Below are positions 19,360-28,279 of a stretch of 64,000 nt of DNA, piece after piece. Numbering within the stretch: position 1 is the first letter of the stretch; every line of letters starts with the position of its first letter. Made by a program: the position numbers and the translations under genes. Where the stretch lies: contig CAWKAR010000038.1 of the NCBI GenBank assembly GCA_963847625.1, positions 32,001-96,000 of the forward strand. Direction: 5' to 3'. This DNA is from a candidate division FCPU426 bacterium (GTDB lineage Bacteria > Oederibacteriota > Muellerivitia > Muellerivitales > Muellerivitaceae). The notes under the pieces were generated by a model, which made no database searches, was not told the DNA's origin, and worked only from the letters and a program-made list of their open reading frames with translations.

Positions 19360-19530
19360 CAAGCAAACGCCCAAACAATCTAAATTAAGTCGGCCCAGGG
19401 GGTATCCCTATTTCCCTATAGGCCCATTCGGGCAGAAGTTCTCAATAATCCTAAGGTCCTTCTGATCGGAGCGGGTGACCAGATAACCTTTGGGTTTATT
19501 GAGCATGAAGAGTTTGGGTTTGATTTCCAT
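19360..19530 (-). pseudogene. Degenerate 5' fragment of a second pseudouridine synthase copy
   Basis: MEIKPKLFMLNKPKGYLVTRSDQKD, then frameshifted ELLPEWAY and PLGRLNLD, matching the adjacent intact gene. Confidence 0.8.
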
Positions 19531-19575
19531 CGTCACTGTTCCTTGCAAGCTTTAGCGAACTGAAAAATAACTTCT

Positions 19576-19700
19576 TTTGCCACAGATGCATGGGATACGT
19601 GGGATTAACATAGAATTCAAAAATAAGAATTTAAAATTTTTCCATAAGGTTTCAGATATGTTTTAGCCTATCTAAATGCATCCCCTGAATCCGTGGCTAA
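19576..19700. repeat. Palindromic intergenic repeat, copy 1
   Basis: GCCACAGATGCATGGGAT...ATGCATCCCCTGAATCCGTGGC. Confidence 0.85.
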
Positions 19701-19710
19701 GACGTAGTTC

Positions 19711-20904
19711 TTACAGGGCTTCCTTGAAGACTTTGCCCAGGCGGCGGATGCCTTCCCGGATTTTCTCCTTGTCCACCGCGCAATAGGTCAAGCGCAGGGT
19801 GTTCAAACCCTGGCCTTCCTTCGTATAAAAGGCCGTCCCCACCACGTAAGCCACCTTGGCCGCCACCGCCTTCTCGAAGAGGGTGACCGCGTTGAGCCCC
19901 TCCGGCAATTCGGCCCAAAGGAAGAACCCACCCAGGGGATGGTTGTGGCGGATTTCCGAGGGGAAATGTTCCTGGATGGCGGACATCATGGCGTCCCTGC
20001 GGCCCTGGTAGGTGCCGATGAGTTTCGCAAGGTGGTCCTTCAGGTGGCCTCCCCGGAAGAAATCCGCCGCGATGACCTGCGACAGCACGTCAGTGCAGAC
20101 GTCGGCGGTTTCCTTGGCCATGGTCATGCGGGCCACGAGGGAGGGGCCGGCGCAGACCCAGCCCAGCCTCATGCCGGGTGAGGCGATCTTGCTGAAACTG
20201 CCCAGGTAGATGACCCGGCCATCGGTGTCGAAGGCCTTGAGGGGCTTGATGGGCTTGCCGGTGAAATTCAACTCGCCGTAGGGGTTGTCCTCGACGATGA
20301 GGACGTCGTGCCTGCGGGCGACATCCAGGAGCTGGGCCCTTTGCGCCTCCGGGAGGGTGGAACCGGCGGGATTCTGGAAAGTCGGGATCGTGTAGATCAG
20401 CTTGGGTTTGGGGGAGGCTTTCGAGAGGATCTGGTCCAGCCGGGGGATATCCATCCCCGTTTCGCCGCAGGGAACCGGCAAGAATTCGACGGAGAAATTG
20501 CGGAAGCAAAGAAGGCCCCCCAGGTAGCTGGGCTCCTCCACCACCACGGAATCCCCGGGATTCAAGAGGGTGAGGCCCGACAAAAAGAGCCCCTGCTGGC
20601 TTCCGGTCGTGATCAGGATATTCTCGACGGCGCAGGGAATGCCCTGGGCTTTCAGGTAATCGGCCACCGCTTCCCGAAGGAGCGTCCAGCCGATCGTCTC
20701 GCCGTATTGGAGGGAGAATTTGCCCTGCTCCCGGATGACCTTGGAGGCGATATCGGCCAGGATATCCTTGGGGAACAGCTCCGCGTCGGGGGTGCCGCCG
20801 GCGAAGGAGATGATGTCGGATTGTTGGACCAATTTGAGCAGGGCGCGGATGACGGAGGGTTTCATCGAGTTGGAAACGTTGGAAAAACGGTGGTCGTAAT
20901 CCAT
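19711..20904 (-). CDS. PLP-dependent class I/II aminotransferase (LysN/2-aminoadipate transaminase-like)
   Basis: ISFAGGTP, TTGSQQ, PTFQNPAG, EDNPY, GSFSKIASPGMRLGW. Confidence 0.92.
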   Translation of the reverse strand: MDYDHRFSNVSNSMKPSVIRALLKLVQQSDIISFAGGTPDAELFPKDILADIASKVIREQGKFSLQYGETIGWTLLREAVADYLKAQGIPCAVENILITTGSQQGLFLSGLTLLNPGDSVVVEEPSYLGGLLCFRNFSVEFLPVPCGETGMDIPRLDQILSKASPKPKLIYTIPTFQNPAGSTLPEAQRAQLLDVARRHDVLIVEDNPYGELNFTGKPIKPLKAFDTDGRVIYLGSFSKIASPGMRLGWVCAGPSLVARMTMAKETADVCTDVLSQVIAADFFRGGHLKDHLAKLIGTYQGRRDAMMSAIQEHFPSEIRHNHPLGGFFLWAELPEGLNAVTLFEKAVAAKVAYVVGTAFYTKEGQGLNTLRLTYCAVDKEKIREGIRRLGKVFKEAL

Positions 20905-21040
20905 GGAAAGCTCCCGAGTTCATTTCCGGGTTTATTTAAAAATCCGGTCCCCCAAGATACCGGCAACGACTTGAGACATCAAGCGTTGTAAATTAACTCA
21001 ATCATTCATAATTCAAAACCACACCTGTCCAAAATAAATC

Positions 21041-21137
21041 TAGCCACGGATGCATGGGATTCATGGGATTTAAAAACACAAATATTTAAAGCTTTTTTTA
21101 TGGTCTATCCGAGTGCATCCCCTGAATCCGTGGCAAA
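21041..21137. repeat. Palindromic intergenic repeat, copy 2
   Basis: TAGCCACGGATGCATGGGATTCATGGGATT...GTGCATCCCCTGAATCCGTGGCAAA. Confidence 0.85.
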
Positions 21138-21374
21138 GGACTAGGTTTTGCTTAACGCCTTTTAGATTAAAGAATTCCTGATTTTATTTATCTTTGTTTC
21201 CTGGATTTTGTTTAATTTGGACAGCTATGATTCAAAACTTAGAATTCAAAATTGCCTCTATTGGTTCCCCTTTCGCTGGGAAGCGGCCATTCCAATGGGT
21301 CTCTTGGCCGGGCTTTCGCCAGAGGGGGCCGGGTGTTTTTTGAAACCAGAAAAGAGCATTCAAACGCGGATTAA

Positions 21375-22790
21375 TTAAAAGGTTTGGAGGTCCTGGAAGA
21401 TTTTATCGGCGACGCATTCACCCGCCGCGATGGCGTCGGGGATGCCGATGCCCTTCAATCCGTTTCCCGCCAGGTAAAGGCCTTTGGTTTCGCTCACTTT
21501 TTTCAAGAGGTTTTCCACCAGGTCAGCGTGTCCTGGACGGTAATAGGACATGGAGGAAGTATAAAGCGATAAGTGGTGAACCATGGGCCGGTAGTGCAGT
21601 TTCAGAAGGGGAGAGAGTTCGATCAAAACATCCTCCAGGAGGGCTTCCTCTCCCTCCTTTTGGGCCACGGCGACTGCATCGGCACCCAGGAATACCCGCA
21701 ATAACACAGTACCTTCCGGGGCGCGGCCCGGGAATTTTTGGCTGGCGAAGGTGCAACCCACGATTAACCTTTTTTCCTTTGAGGGAACCACAAATCCGAA
21801 ACCATTCAAGGGATGGCCCACATCCTGACGGCGGAAACCCAGGTTCAAGGTTGCGGAGTCATGGGCGGGTATTTTTTCCAAAAGATTGTCCCAGTTGGGG
21901 TCCAAAGATTTCAGGAGAGGCCGCATTTTGGAAGGCTGGATGGCTAAGACCACCTTTTCCACTTCCTGGGTATGGCCCTGCGTTGTAACCACCCAGGTTC
22001 CGTGACCGCTGGGGGCCAGGGATTCCACTGGATGTTGCATCCAAAGGCACTCGGGCGGGATTTTGGAGGCCAAAGCTTCCGCGAAGGACTGCATGCCGTC
22101 CTTGAATGAGACAAAAAGGGAATAACGGGCACCCGAGACACGGGTCTGGGAGTTTAGGCGCCTGGCCGCCATGGCTTTCAACAGGGAACCATATTGGATT
22201 TCCATTTCCTTGAAGCGGGGGGCGCACGTCTCCAGACTCAACTCGAAGGGGTCGGCGTTATAGACACCCCCCATGAGTGGCTGGGCCAGGTAATCCAAAA
22301 CTTCACGGCCCAGGCGGCGGATCACGAAGTCCCCGATGCTTTCATCCCCCGCGTCCTTGCGGACCGGCACGAAGGGTTCGAAACACGCCCTCAGCTTTCC
22401 CCGGATGGAAAGCAAAGGTGTTGTTATGAGGGGCATGAGGCGGGAAGGGGCCATGAGGTAGAAACCCTCAGGGATCGGATGGAGCCGTTCCCCTTTGAGG
22501 ATGAAGGATTGGAGGATATCCGGATTGGTTCTGACGAGACGATCTTCGAGTCCCAGGCGCTTGACCATGGCCATCCCCGCGGGTTTATCAGTGATGAAAC
22601 AATCGGGGCCTTCCTCCATGAGGAAGCCCGCTTTTTTCACCGTCCCCAGGGTCCCGCCGGGCTTTTTCGCGCCATCCAGGATGTTTAAATCCAGATGTAG
22701 GTCTTTTCCCTGGGATAGCTCCAAAAGCCGCAGGGCGGCCGCCAGCCCGCTGACTCCCGCCCCGATGATGGCGACTCGTAAGTAATTCAA
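21375..22790 (-). CDS. hemY: FAD-dependent protoporphyrinogen/coproporphyrinogen oxidase (HemY family; often annotated hemG)
   Basis: IIGAGVSGL, EEGPDCF, RRLGRE, GFGFVVP, KFPGRAP, GIGIPD. Confidence 0.93.
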   Translation of the reverse strand: MNYLRVAIIGAGVSGLAAALRLLELSQGKDLHLDLNILDGAKKPGGTLGTVKKAGFLMEEGPDCFITDKPAGMAMVKRLGLEDRLVRTNPDILQSFILKGERLHPIPEGFYLMAPSRLMPLITTPLLSIRGKLRACFEPFVPVRKDAGDESIGDFVIRRLGREVLDYLAQPLMGGVYNADPFELSLETCAPRFKEMEIQYGSLLKAMAARRLNSQTRVSGARYSLFVSFKDGMQSFAEALASKIPPECLWMQHPVESLAPSGHGTWVVTTQGHTQEVEKVVLAIQPSKMRPLLKSLDPNWDNLLEKIPAHDSATLNLGFRRQDVGHPLNGFGFVVPSKEKRLIVGCTFASQKFPGRAPEGTVLLRVFLGADAVAVAQKEGEEALLEDVLIELSPLLKLHYRPMVHHLSLYTSSMSYYRPGHADLVENLLKKVSETKGLYLAGNGLKGIGIPDAIAAGECVADKIFQDLQTF

Positions 22791-22886
22791 GTTATTCCAA
22801 TTCCTTAAAAAACAAATGAAAGATTAGCAAGGTTGATCGCCCTAAATAAATAATAGATAAATTTGGCCCCTGTCGTGGACAGTTTT

Positions 22887-23741
22887 TCAATCATTTCCAA
22901 GATACGTGAACTTCCCGGTATCTAAGTCGATTTCGCCCCAACATCTACCGCCGAATGTAACGTTTACGATCCCTTCGCCAAAGCTAATCGAATCGATCCC
23001 TTTATGATAAAGCGCAACCATGCCCGGATCATCCGTTTGAAGAATATCGTCTTTCAAATTCGGGAAAATATATTTCATGTTACTTTTCCCATCACTCCTA
23101 TTGCGCCAAAAGCCCGAAGATTCCATTACCTTGATTACATTTGAACACCATAAGGGTTTTCCATTAAGGTCGGTTGCGATAACTGATTTTAAGTTTTTCG
23201 AAACTAGGATTTTCATATTTTTGTTTTTATTTACCCAACCTTTTTTAAAATCTCCCGCCCAATAGGAATTAATTCTTTTTGATTTTTCGATGTCCCTGTA
23301 ATAGCCACAAACCAAACCCCTAATCTGATCCAAATTTGGGTTGTGCAAATTTGCTGGCAATTGAGAGTAATATGAAACGCAAAAACCATTTTTAACTTTT
23401 AAAAATACACCTAAATGATCGATAACTGGGCGCAGAGAGCTTTGGTAATAAATGTAATAACTTTTATTGGAAATGCCGGCCAACACCAATTTGAAGTTGT
23501 GAAAATGTTCATCACCGTTCAGCATATCCAACAACCTTTGATCTTGAATCTTTTTTTCGTTCTCTTCTAATTTCTTTTCCGTATCAGCCGGTAATTCTTT
23601 CAAATCAGAAACCGGTTGATAGGTTTCTGTTAAAAAAGAATATAGACCTGGGTTTTTGATATCTGAATAATTCTTTTCGGTGGCATGAGTAAATCCGAAG
23701 GTGGCGAACACAATAAAAAATAAAACTAAATATTTATTCAC
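22887..23741 (-). CDS. AT-rich hypothetical exported protein; original start codon hit by IS30
   Basis: Signal-peptide-like (M)NKYLVLFFIVFATFGFTHA, 284 aa; the ORF-track extension to 23828 lies inside the IS. Confidence 0.7.
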   Translation of the reverse strand: MNKYLVLFFIVFATFGFTHATEKNYSDIKNPGLYSFLTETYQPVSDLKELPADTEKKLEENEKKIQDQRLLDMLNGDEHFHNFKLVLAGISNKSYYIYYQSSLRPVIDHLGVFLKVKNGFCVSYYSQLPANLHNPNLDQIRGLVCGYYRDIEKSKRINSYWAGDFKKGWVNKNKNMKILVSKNLKSVIATDLNGKPLWCSNVIKVMESSGFWRNRSDGKSNMKYIFPNLKDDILQTDDPGMVALYHKGIDSISFGEGIVNVTFGGRCWGEIDLDTGKFTYLGND

Positions 23742-24795
23742 CCGAGTTCCATAAGTAAGTGCAACACTTAGTGTCTGAAGAAGGCCGCATGAATAGGATA
23801 TGCGGCTATGAAAAAGAAATACAAGCATTTAAGCGTTGAAGAAAGAGATCATTTATCCGTCTTGAAAGGAAAGGGTCTTAGCCTTCGAGCAATTTCACGC
23901 GCCTTGAAGAGGTCTCCTTCCACCCTCTCCAGGGAACTCAAGCGCAATGCTCCCCCTATCCGTTCTGGTTATTATCTTTCTCATCGAGCCCATCAACGGT
24001 ATGTTGACCGCAACCAACAACGAGCACGCCGTTTACGCCTGAAAACAAAACGAATTCGTGCCTACGTCCGTCGTCAATTGAAACGAGGCTGGTCTCCAGA
24101 ACTCATTTCAGGTCGATTAGGTCACCTACGGCCTAAGCAAACCATTGGTCCTGAAGCTATCTATCAGTGGGTTTATGCTGAAGCCACTGAGCTGATTCCT
24201 TGCCTAGTTCGACACCACCGGCGACGATTCTCATTTGGCCATAGCCGTAAGCACGCCAAAAACCATATCCCAGGCCGTGTTTCCATCGATAAGCGCTCCG
24301 AGATCGCCAATCAACGCAAGCAATTCGGCCATTGGGAAACCGACACCATGGTCTCTCGTCAGAGTAAAGTTGCTATGCGGGCTCTCGTCGAGCGTCAAAG
24401 CCGTTTTTCCAAGTTGGGAAAGCTCAAACGAAAGACCGCTCGCCAAATGAGTCATAGCCTCAACCGCGCTTTATGCCGCTTCCCTCAAGACGCCCGCCTG
24501 AGTCTGACCTATGACAACGGAACCGAAAACACCAACCACTTGGAAACCAACCACGTGCTTGGTACAAAATCCTTTTTCTGCGCCCCTTTCCACAGTTGGG
24601 AAAAAGGTACGGTGGAAAATACTATCGGTCTTGTCCGCCGCCATTTGCCTAAAAAGACTGATCTTGCTAAAGTGTCCTTCAAAGAATTCAGGACCATAGA
24701 AAGATGGCTCAATAACAGGCCCAGGAAATGTTTGGGCTTTAAAACTCCGGCGGAAGTCTTCCGGCGAAGTGTTGCACTTACTCCGTGAATTCGGC
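23741..24795 (+). mobile_element. IS30-family insertion sequence, 1055 bp
   Basis: Imperfect TIRs sharing AGTAAGTGCAACACTT; TCA direct repeat at 23738-23740 and 24796-24798. Confidence 0.9.
23808..24788 (+). CDS. IS30-family transposase
   Basis: HTH (RSPSTLSRELKRN), WSPELI, GHWETDT, LTYDNGTE, WEKGTVEN, LNNRPRKCLGFKTP. Confidence 0.95.
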   Translation: MKKKYKHLSVEERDHLSVLKGKGLSLRAISRALKRSPSTLSRELKRNAPPIRSGYYLSHRAHQRYVDRNQQRARRLRLKTKRIRAYVRRQLKRGWSPELISGRLGHLRPKQTIGPEAIYQWVYAEATELIPCLVRHHRRRFSFGHSRKHAKNHIPGRVSIDKRSEIANQRKQFGHWETDTMVSRQSKVAMRALVERQSRFSKLGKLKRKTARQMSHSLNRALCRFPQDARLSLTYDNGTENTNHLETNHVLGTKSFFCAPFHSWEKGTVENTIGLVRRHLPKKTDLAKVSFKEFRTIERWLNNRPRKCLGFKTPAEVFRRSVALTP

Positions 24796-24953
24796 TCATT
24801 TATTACCCCCTCTTCTATATCCCCATTGTCTACAGTGTGTCCCCGCCGTGGACAACGCATTTTTGTAGAATGAATTTTATTTATTTGAGCTTCTCTCTAA
24901 CAAGCGGTTCACCATTACAAGAATTCCTAAGCTAGAATCGTCGGTCGGTCTTG

Positions 24954-25913
24954 TTAAAACTTCAAATCCGAGGCTTCCTCGACGAGGGAAGCCAGCAACC
25001 CAATGAAGGAAGGGCGGGTCCCGACTGTTTCCGCCCGGACCATGTTAATCCCTACTTTCTGGGCCCTGGAACGGGCCAGGATGTCGATGTCATAAAGCAC
25101 CTCGGCGTGGTTTACTAAAAAACCGATGGGTGCCACTACGCAGGCGGCTAATCCTTCCTTGGAGCGGCGTTCCAGAAAATCCCCCAGGTCAGGCTCAAGC
25201 CAGCGGTCTTCCGGCCGTCCGCTTCGGCTGGTGTAGGCCAGGTGGAAATAGGGGATTCCCAGTCTTTCCTGCACGAGCCGGGCGGTTTCCTCGAATTGGG
25301 CCACATAGGAAGATTGGTTGGCGAGCGCGCTGGGAATGCTGTGGGTGGTAAAGATCAGCTCGGCTTTGGCGGCTTTTTTTTCTTTCGGAAGCAGTTTGGA
25401 AAAGGCAATCCGTGTTTCCTTCTCAATGGCGTGGACAAAACCGGGACGGTTGTGCCATTCGGGCGCGTAAGCGACATCGGGAATGGACATGCCCCTGCTT
25501 TTTAGGGAGTCCTTCGCCTCATCCACCTTCAATATATATTTCGTGAAGGAAGCCTGGCTTCGGAAAGGGGCCAGGATAATGGCAAAGATGTGTTTTTTAC
25601 CCTGGCGGGAAAGGTCCTCGAGGGTTTGAGCGACCGTCGGGGAGGAATGGGCGAATCCCAAAGAAACCGGAATTTCCAACCCCCGGGCGTTCAGGAGTTT
25701 CTGGAGCGCCTGGGCCTGGGCCCGGGTGAGCTGGTTATAAGGCGAGATACCGCCGATTTGCTTGTATTGGTCAGAGACCAATTTCAATCTTCCCGGGGGG
25801 ATATCCCGCCCGCGAGTGACGTCTTCCAGGAAGGGAAGGACGTCCTCGGATTTTTCGGGGCCGCCGAAACCGATCAACAAAATAGCGTCGTGTTTTATAG
25901 GGTTCAAGTTCAT
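24954..25913 (-). CDS. hemH: Ferrochelatase (HemH/CpfC)
   Basis: FGGPE, YKQIGGISP, FTTHSIP, YTSRSGRPEDRWLEPD, PIGFLVNHAEVLYDID. Confidence 0.93.
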   Translation of the reverse strand: MNLNPIKHDAILLIGFGGPEKSEDVLPFLEDVTRGRDIPPGRLKLVSDQYKQIGGISPYNQLTRAQAQALQKLLNARGLEIPVSLGFAHSSPTVAQTLEDLSRQGKKHIFAIILAPFRSQASFTKYILKVDEAKDSLKSRGMSIPDVAYAPEWHNRPGFVHAIEKETRIAFSKLLPKEKKAAKAELIFTTHSIPSALANQSSYVAQFEETARLVQERLGIPYFHLAYTSRSGRPEDRWLEPDLGDFLERRSKEGLAACVVAPIGFLVNHAEVLYDIDILARSRAQKVGINMVRAETVGTRPSFIGLLASLVEEASDLKF

Positions 25914-25964
25914 TTCCTGTTAAGGATAAAACGTCTCAAGACCAACCCTAACGGCAAAATTTTT

Positions 25965-26141
25965 TAGCCACGGATGCAGGGGATGTGCCGATTCACTCCA
26001 AAAGCAGTCAAGGAAATCGGTACTATACCGAACTTTCATTGAAACCTTCATTGAGGTTCGGCATGCACTCGGATAGGCCAAAGAAAAAAGGCTTTTAATT
26101 TTTGTTTTTTAAATCCAATGAATCCCATGCATCCGTGGCTA
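25965..26141. repeat. Palindromic repeat copy 3 (inverted) carrying a 78-bp nested insertion
   Basis: Matches the reverse complement of copy 2 once 25986-26063 and one TG are removed. Confidence 0.85.
25986..26063 (+). mobile_element. Nested mini-element A
   Basis: TGCCGA...TCGGCA termini, central ATCGGTACTATACC, TG duplicated on both sides. Confidence 0.7.
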
Positions 26142-26194
26142 GAGATTATTTTGGATTGGTGTGATGCTTTAGTATATCTCACGAATCCCCTGCA

Positions 26195-26289
26195 TGCCGA
26201 CCTTCTTTAAATCTGTTAAAGAGGAAATGGCTTTGCCATTTCAGGGGGTATAGTACCGATCCCAATAAATGTTTTAAGGTGAATCGGTA
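26195..26289 (-). mobile_element. Nested mini-element B in a half copy of the host repeat
   Basis: Reverse complement TACCGATTCAC...ATCGGTACTATACC...GGTCGGCA; CA duplicated; empty site ATCCCCTGCATCCGTGGC. Confidence 0.7.
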
Positions 26290-26362
26290 CATCCGTGGCA
26301 AGATTTTATTATTGACTGAGGTGTTTTTAATTAATGCCAAGAAGCCAGTTGGAACTGGTTGC

Positions 26363-28279
26363 TTAAAGTTTAAATGTTTTAACCGTATCGATCATGGTCC
26401 GGACGTTTTCCAGGGGCGTCTCGGGCAGGATACCATGCCCCAGGTTAAAGATGTGGCCGGGGCGGCCGCCGGCTTTCTGAAGTATTTTTTCCGTCTCTTT
26501 GCGCACTTTATCGGGATCAGTCAAAAGAATATTGGGGTCCAAGTTGCCTTGGATGGCCACATCGCCCAGTTGTTTCCAGGCCTTGCCCAGGTCTACGTGG
26601 GAATCCAGGCCGATGACCGTGGCCCCGGTTTTAAGGATATCGGGGAAAAAAGGTTCGGTGTGGACTCCGAAGTAAATGAGAGGAACGCCTTTTTTCAAAC
26701 CGCTGGTGAGGATTTGCAGGAAGGGTAGGACCCAGCGTTTGTATTCATCGGGAGTGAGGATGCCCACCCAGGAATCGAACAATTGGAGGGCCTGGGCCCC
26801 GGCCTCCACCTGGGCATTCAGGTAGGAAACGGTGGCCTTGACGATTCGGACCATGAATTCATCCCAAACGGAAATATCCTCGCCCAGGACCGCGCGGGTC
26901 CGTGAAAAATCCTTGGAGGCCCCGCCTTCCAGCAGGTAAGAAGCCACCGTGAAGGGGGCGCCGGCAAAACCGATTAGGGGGATACCGGGTTTCAAGCGCG
27001 AGCGGATCAGCCGGACGGCTTCCATGACGTAACCCAAATCCCCGTTCCCATCCACTTCCCGGAGGCGTTTGAGGCCGGCCGCGCCCCCGAAGGGATTCCG
27101 GATAACGGGCCCGCCCTTTTCGGGAAACTCCAGTTGGAACCCGAGCGGCTCCGCGATTAAAAGGATGTCCGCGAAAAGAATAGCGGCATCCACCCCGAGG
27201 GCTTCCTGCGCCGACACTGCGGCTTCCGCAGCCAGCTCCGGCGTCTTACAGAGTTCCAGGAAGGAAACCTTGGAACGGATTTTCCGGTACTCCGGCAAGT
27301 AACGCCCGGCCTGACGCATGATCCAGACCGGGGTGCGGAAAGTCCGCTCCCGCCGGCAGGCTTTCAAGAATAGGTTGTCCGGGAGCTGGAAGGCTTTCTT
27401 GGGCGCGGAGGAAACCGGCAAGGTGAAACTGCTTTTAAACTGGTGAAGCTCGGGACCTTTTCGGGCGGCTTCCCTCACGAGGAAATCCATATTGTGCTGT
27501 TCAGGCTCGAAGTCCACCGTGAATCCGTGTCCTTGCAGGATATCGGTGACCGAGGTTCCTACGGACCCGACGACCAGGCGGGTGAAAGCCTCCATCAAGG
27601 GTTCCAAGCGGCCGAGGCTTTCCGCCAATTGGACCAGGTTATGGACCTGGTACCCGCTGGTAAAAAGGGCGATCGCTACTTTCCCTTTGAGGATGGATTC
27701 GATCAACTGGGCCAGGGGCTTGGTGTTGTCGGGGAGGGCCCAAAGATTGATAGGAACGCTTTCGACCTCCTGGGCGCCCAATTCCCTAAGGCTCTCCAAC
27801 AATTCTCGGTTGGTAAAGCCGAATTCCTGGACGGCCACCCTTTTATCTGTCAAGTCGACGAGGGCGGCCGGGATGTCCCGCCAAGTGGTCTGACCGGGAA
27901 GGGTGATGGCGGCCTTTAAACCGTATTCAGACAAAATCGAAGGGATTTGTGAGTCGCAGGCCACCAATATGCACCGCTTGAAAGTTTTAGTGATGTGACT
28001 TTGGGGGAACTGAGTTTCCAAAGCTTGGAAAAGCGCGCGGGTTCCAATTCCCGAAACGAGGATCAAAATGTCGAAATGGCCTTCCCGGAGCCGCTCAAAG
28101 AAAACGTAGGATTCCTTGTTCTCCTCCGGATGCATTTCCCTCATGGCGGGGGCGATCAAGGGTTTCCCGCCGTGGAGTAGGATTAAATTCTCCATTTCCT
28201 TGGCCATAAGGCTCTCAAACGCGGCCACGGTCAGGTTATTAAAGTTGTGTTTTTCCCTGGGATGGGTTGGTGTCGCCAT
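26363..28279 (-). CDS. hemE: Fused uroporphyrinogen-III synthase (HemD) / uroporphyrinogen decarboxylase (HemE)
   Basis: N-terminal HemD-like half (AFESLMAKEM, QEFG, WALP, LFTSGYQV); C-terminal PVWIMRQAGRYLPEY, FADIL, GFAGAPFT, QGNLDP, HIFNLGHG. Confidence 0.9.
   Translation of the reverse strand: MATPTHPREKHNFNNLTVAAFESLMAKEMENLILLHGGKPLIAPAMREMHPEENKESYVFFERLREGHFDILILVSGIGTRALFQALETQFPQSHITKTFKRCILVACDSQIPSILSEYGLKAAITLPGQTTWRDIPAALVDLTDKRVAVQEFGFTNRELLESLRELGAQEVESVPINLWALPDNTKPLAQLIESILKGKVAIALFTSGYQVHNLVQLAESLGRLEPLMEAFTRLVVGSVGTSVTDILQGHGFTVDFEPEQHNMDFLVREAARKGPELHQFKSSFTLPVSSAPKKAFQLPDNLFLKACRRERTFRTPVWIMRQAGRYLPEYRKIRSKVSFLELCKTPELAAEAAVSAQEALGVDAAILFADILLIAEPLGFQLEFPEKGGPVIRNPFGGAAGLKRLREVDGNGDLGYVMEAVRLIRSRLKPGIPLIGFAGAPFTVASYLLEGGASKDFSRTRAVLGEDISVWDEFMVRIVKATVSYLNAQVEAGAQALQLFDSWVGILTPDEYKRWVLPFLQILTSGLKKGVPLIYFGVHTEPFFPDILKTGATVIGLDSHVDLGKAWKQLGDVAIQGNLDPNILLTDPDKVRKETEKILQKAGGRPGHIFNLGHGILPETPLENVRTMIDTVKTFKL

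Noticed and set aside
19214..19530. DGR template/variable repeat pair
   Set aside because: Differences are mostly synonymous, the region is a 5' end rather than a C-terminal variable region, and there is no reverse transcriptase.
23742..23828. ORF-track N-terminal extension of the hypothetical protein
   Set aside because: It lies inside IS30; the reconstructed empty site gives the native ATG.
22867..24854. Integron cassette
   Set aside because: No RYYYAAC...GTTRRRY attC structure and no integrase in the window.
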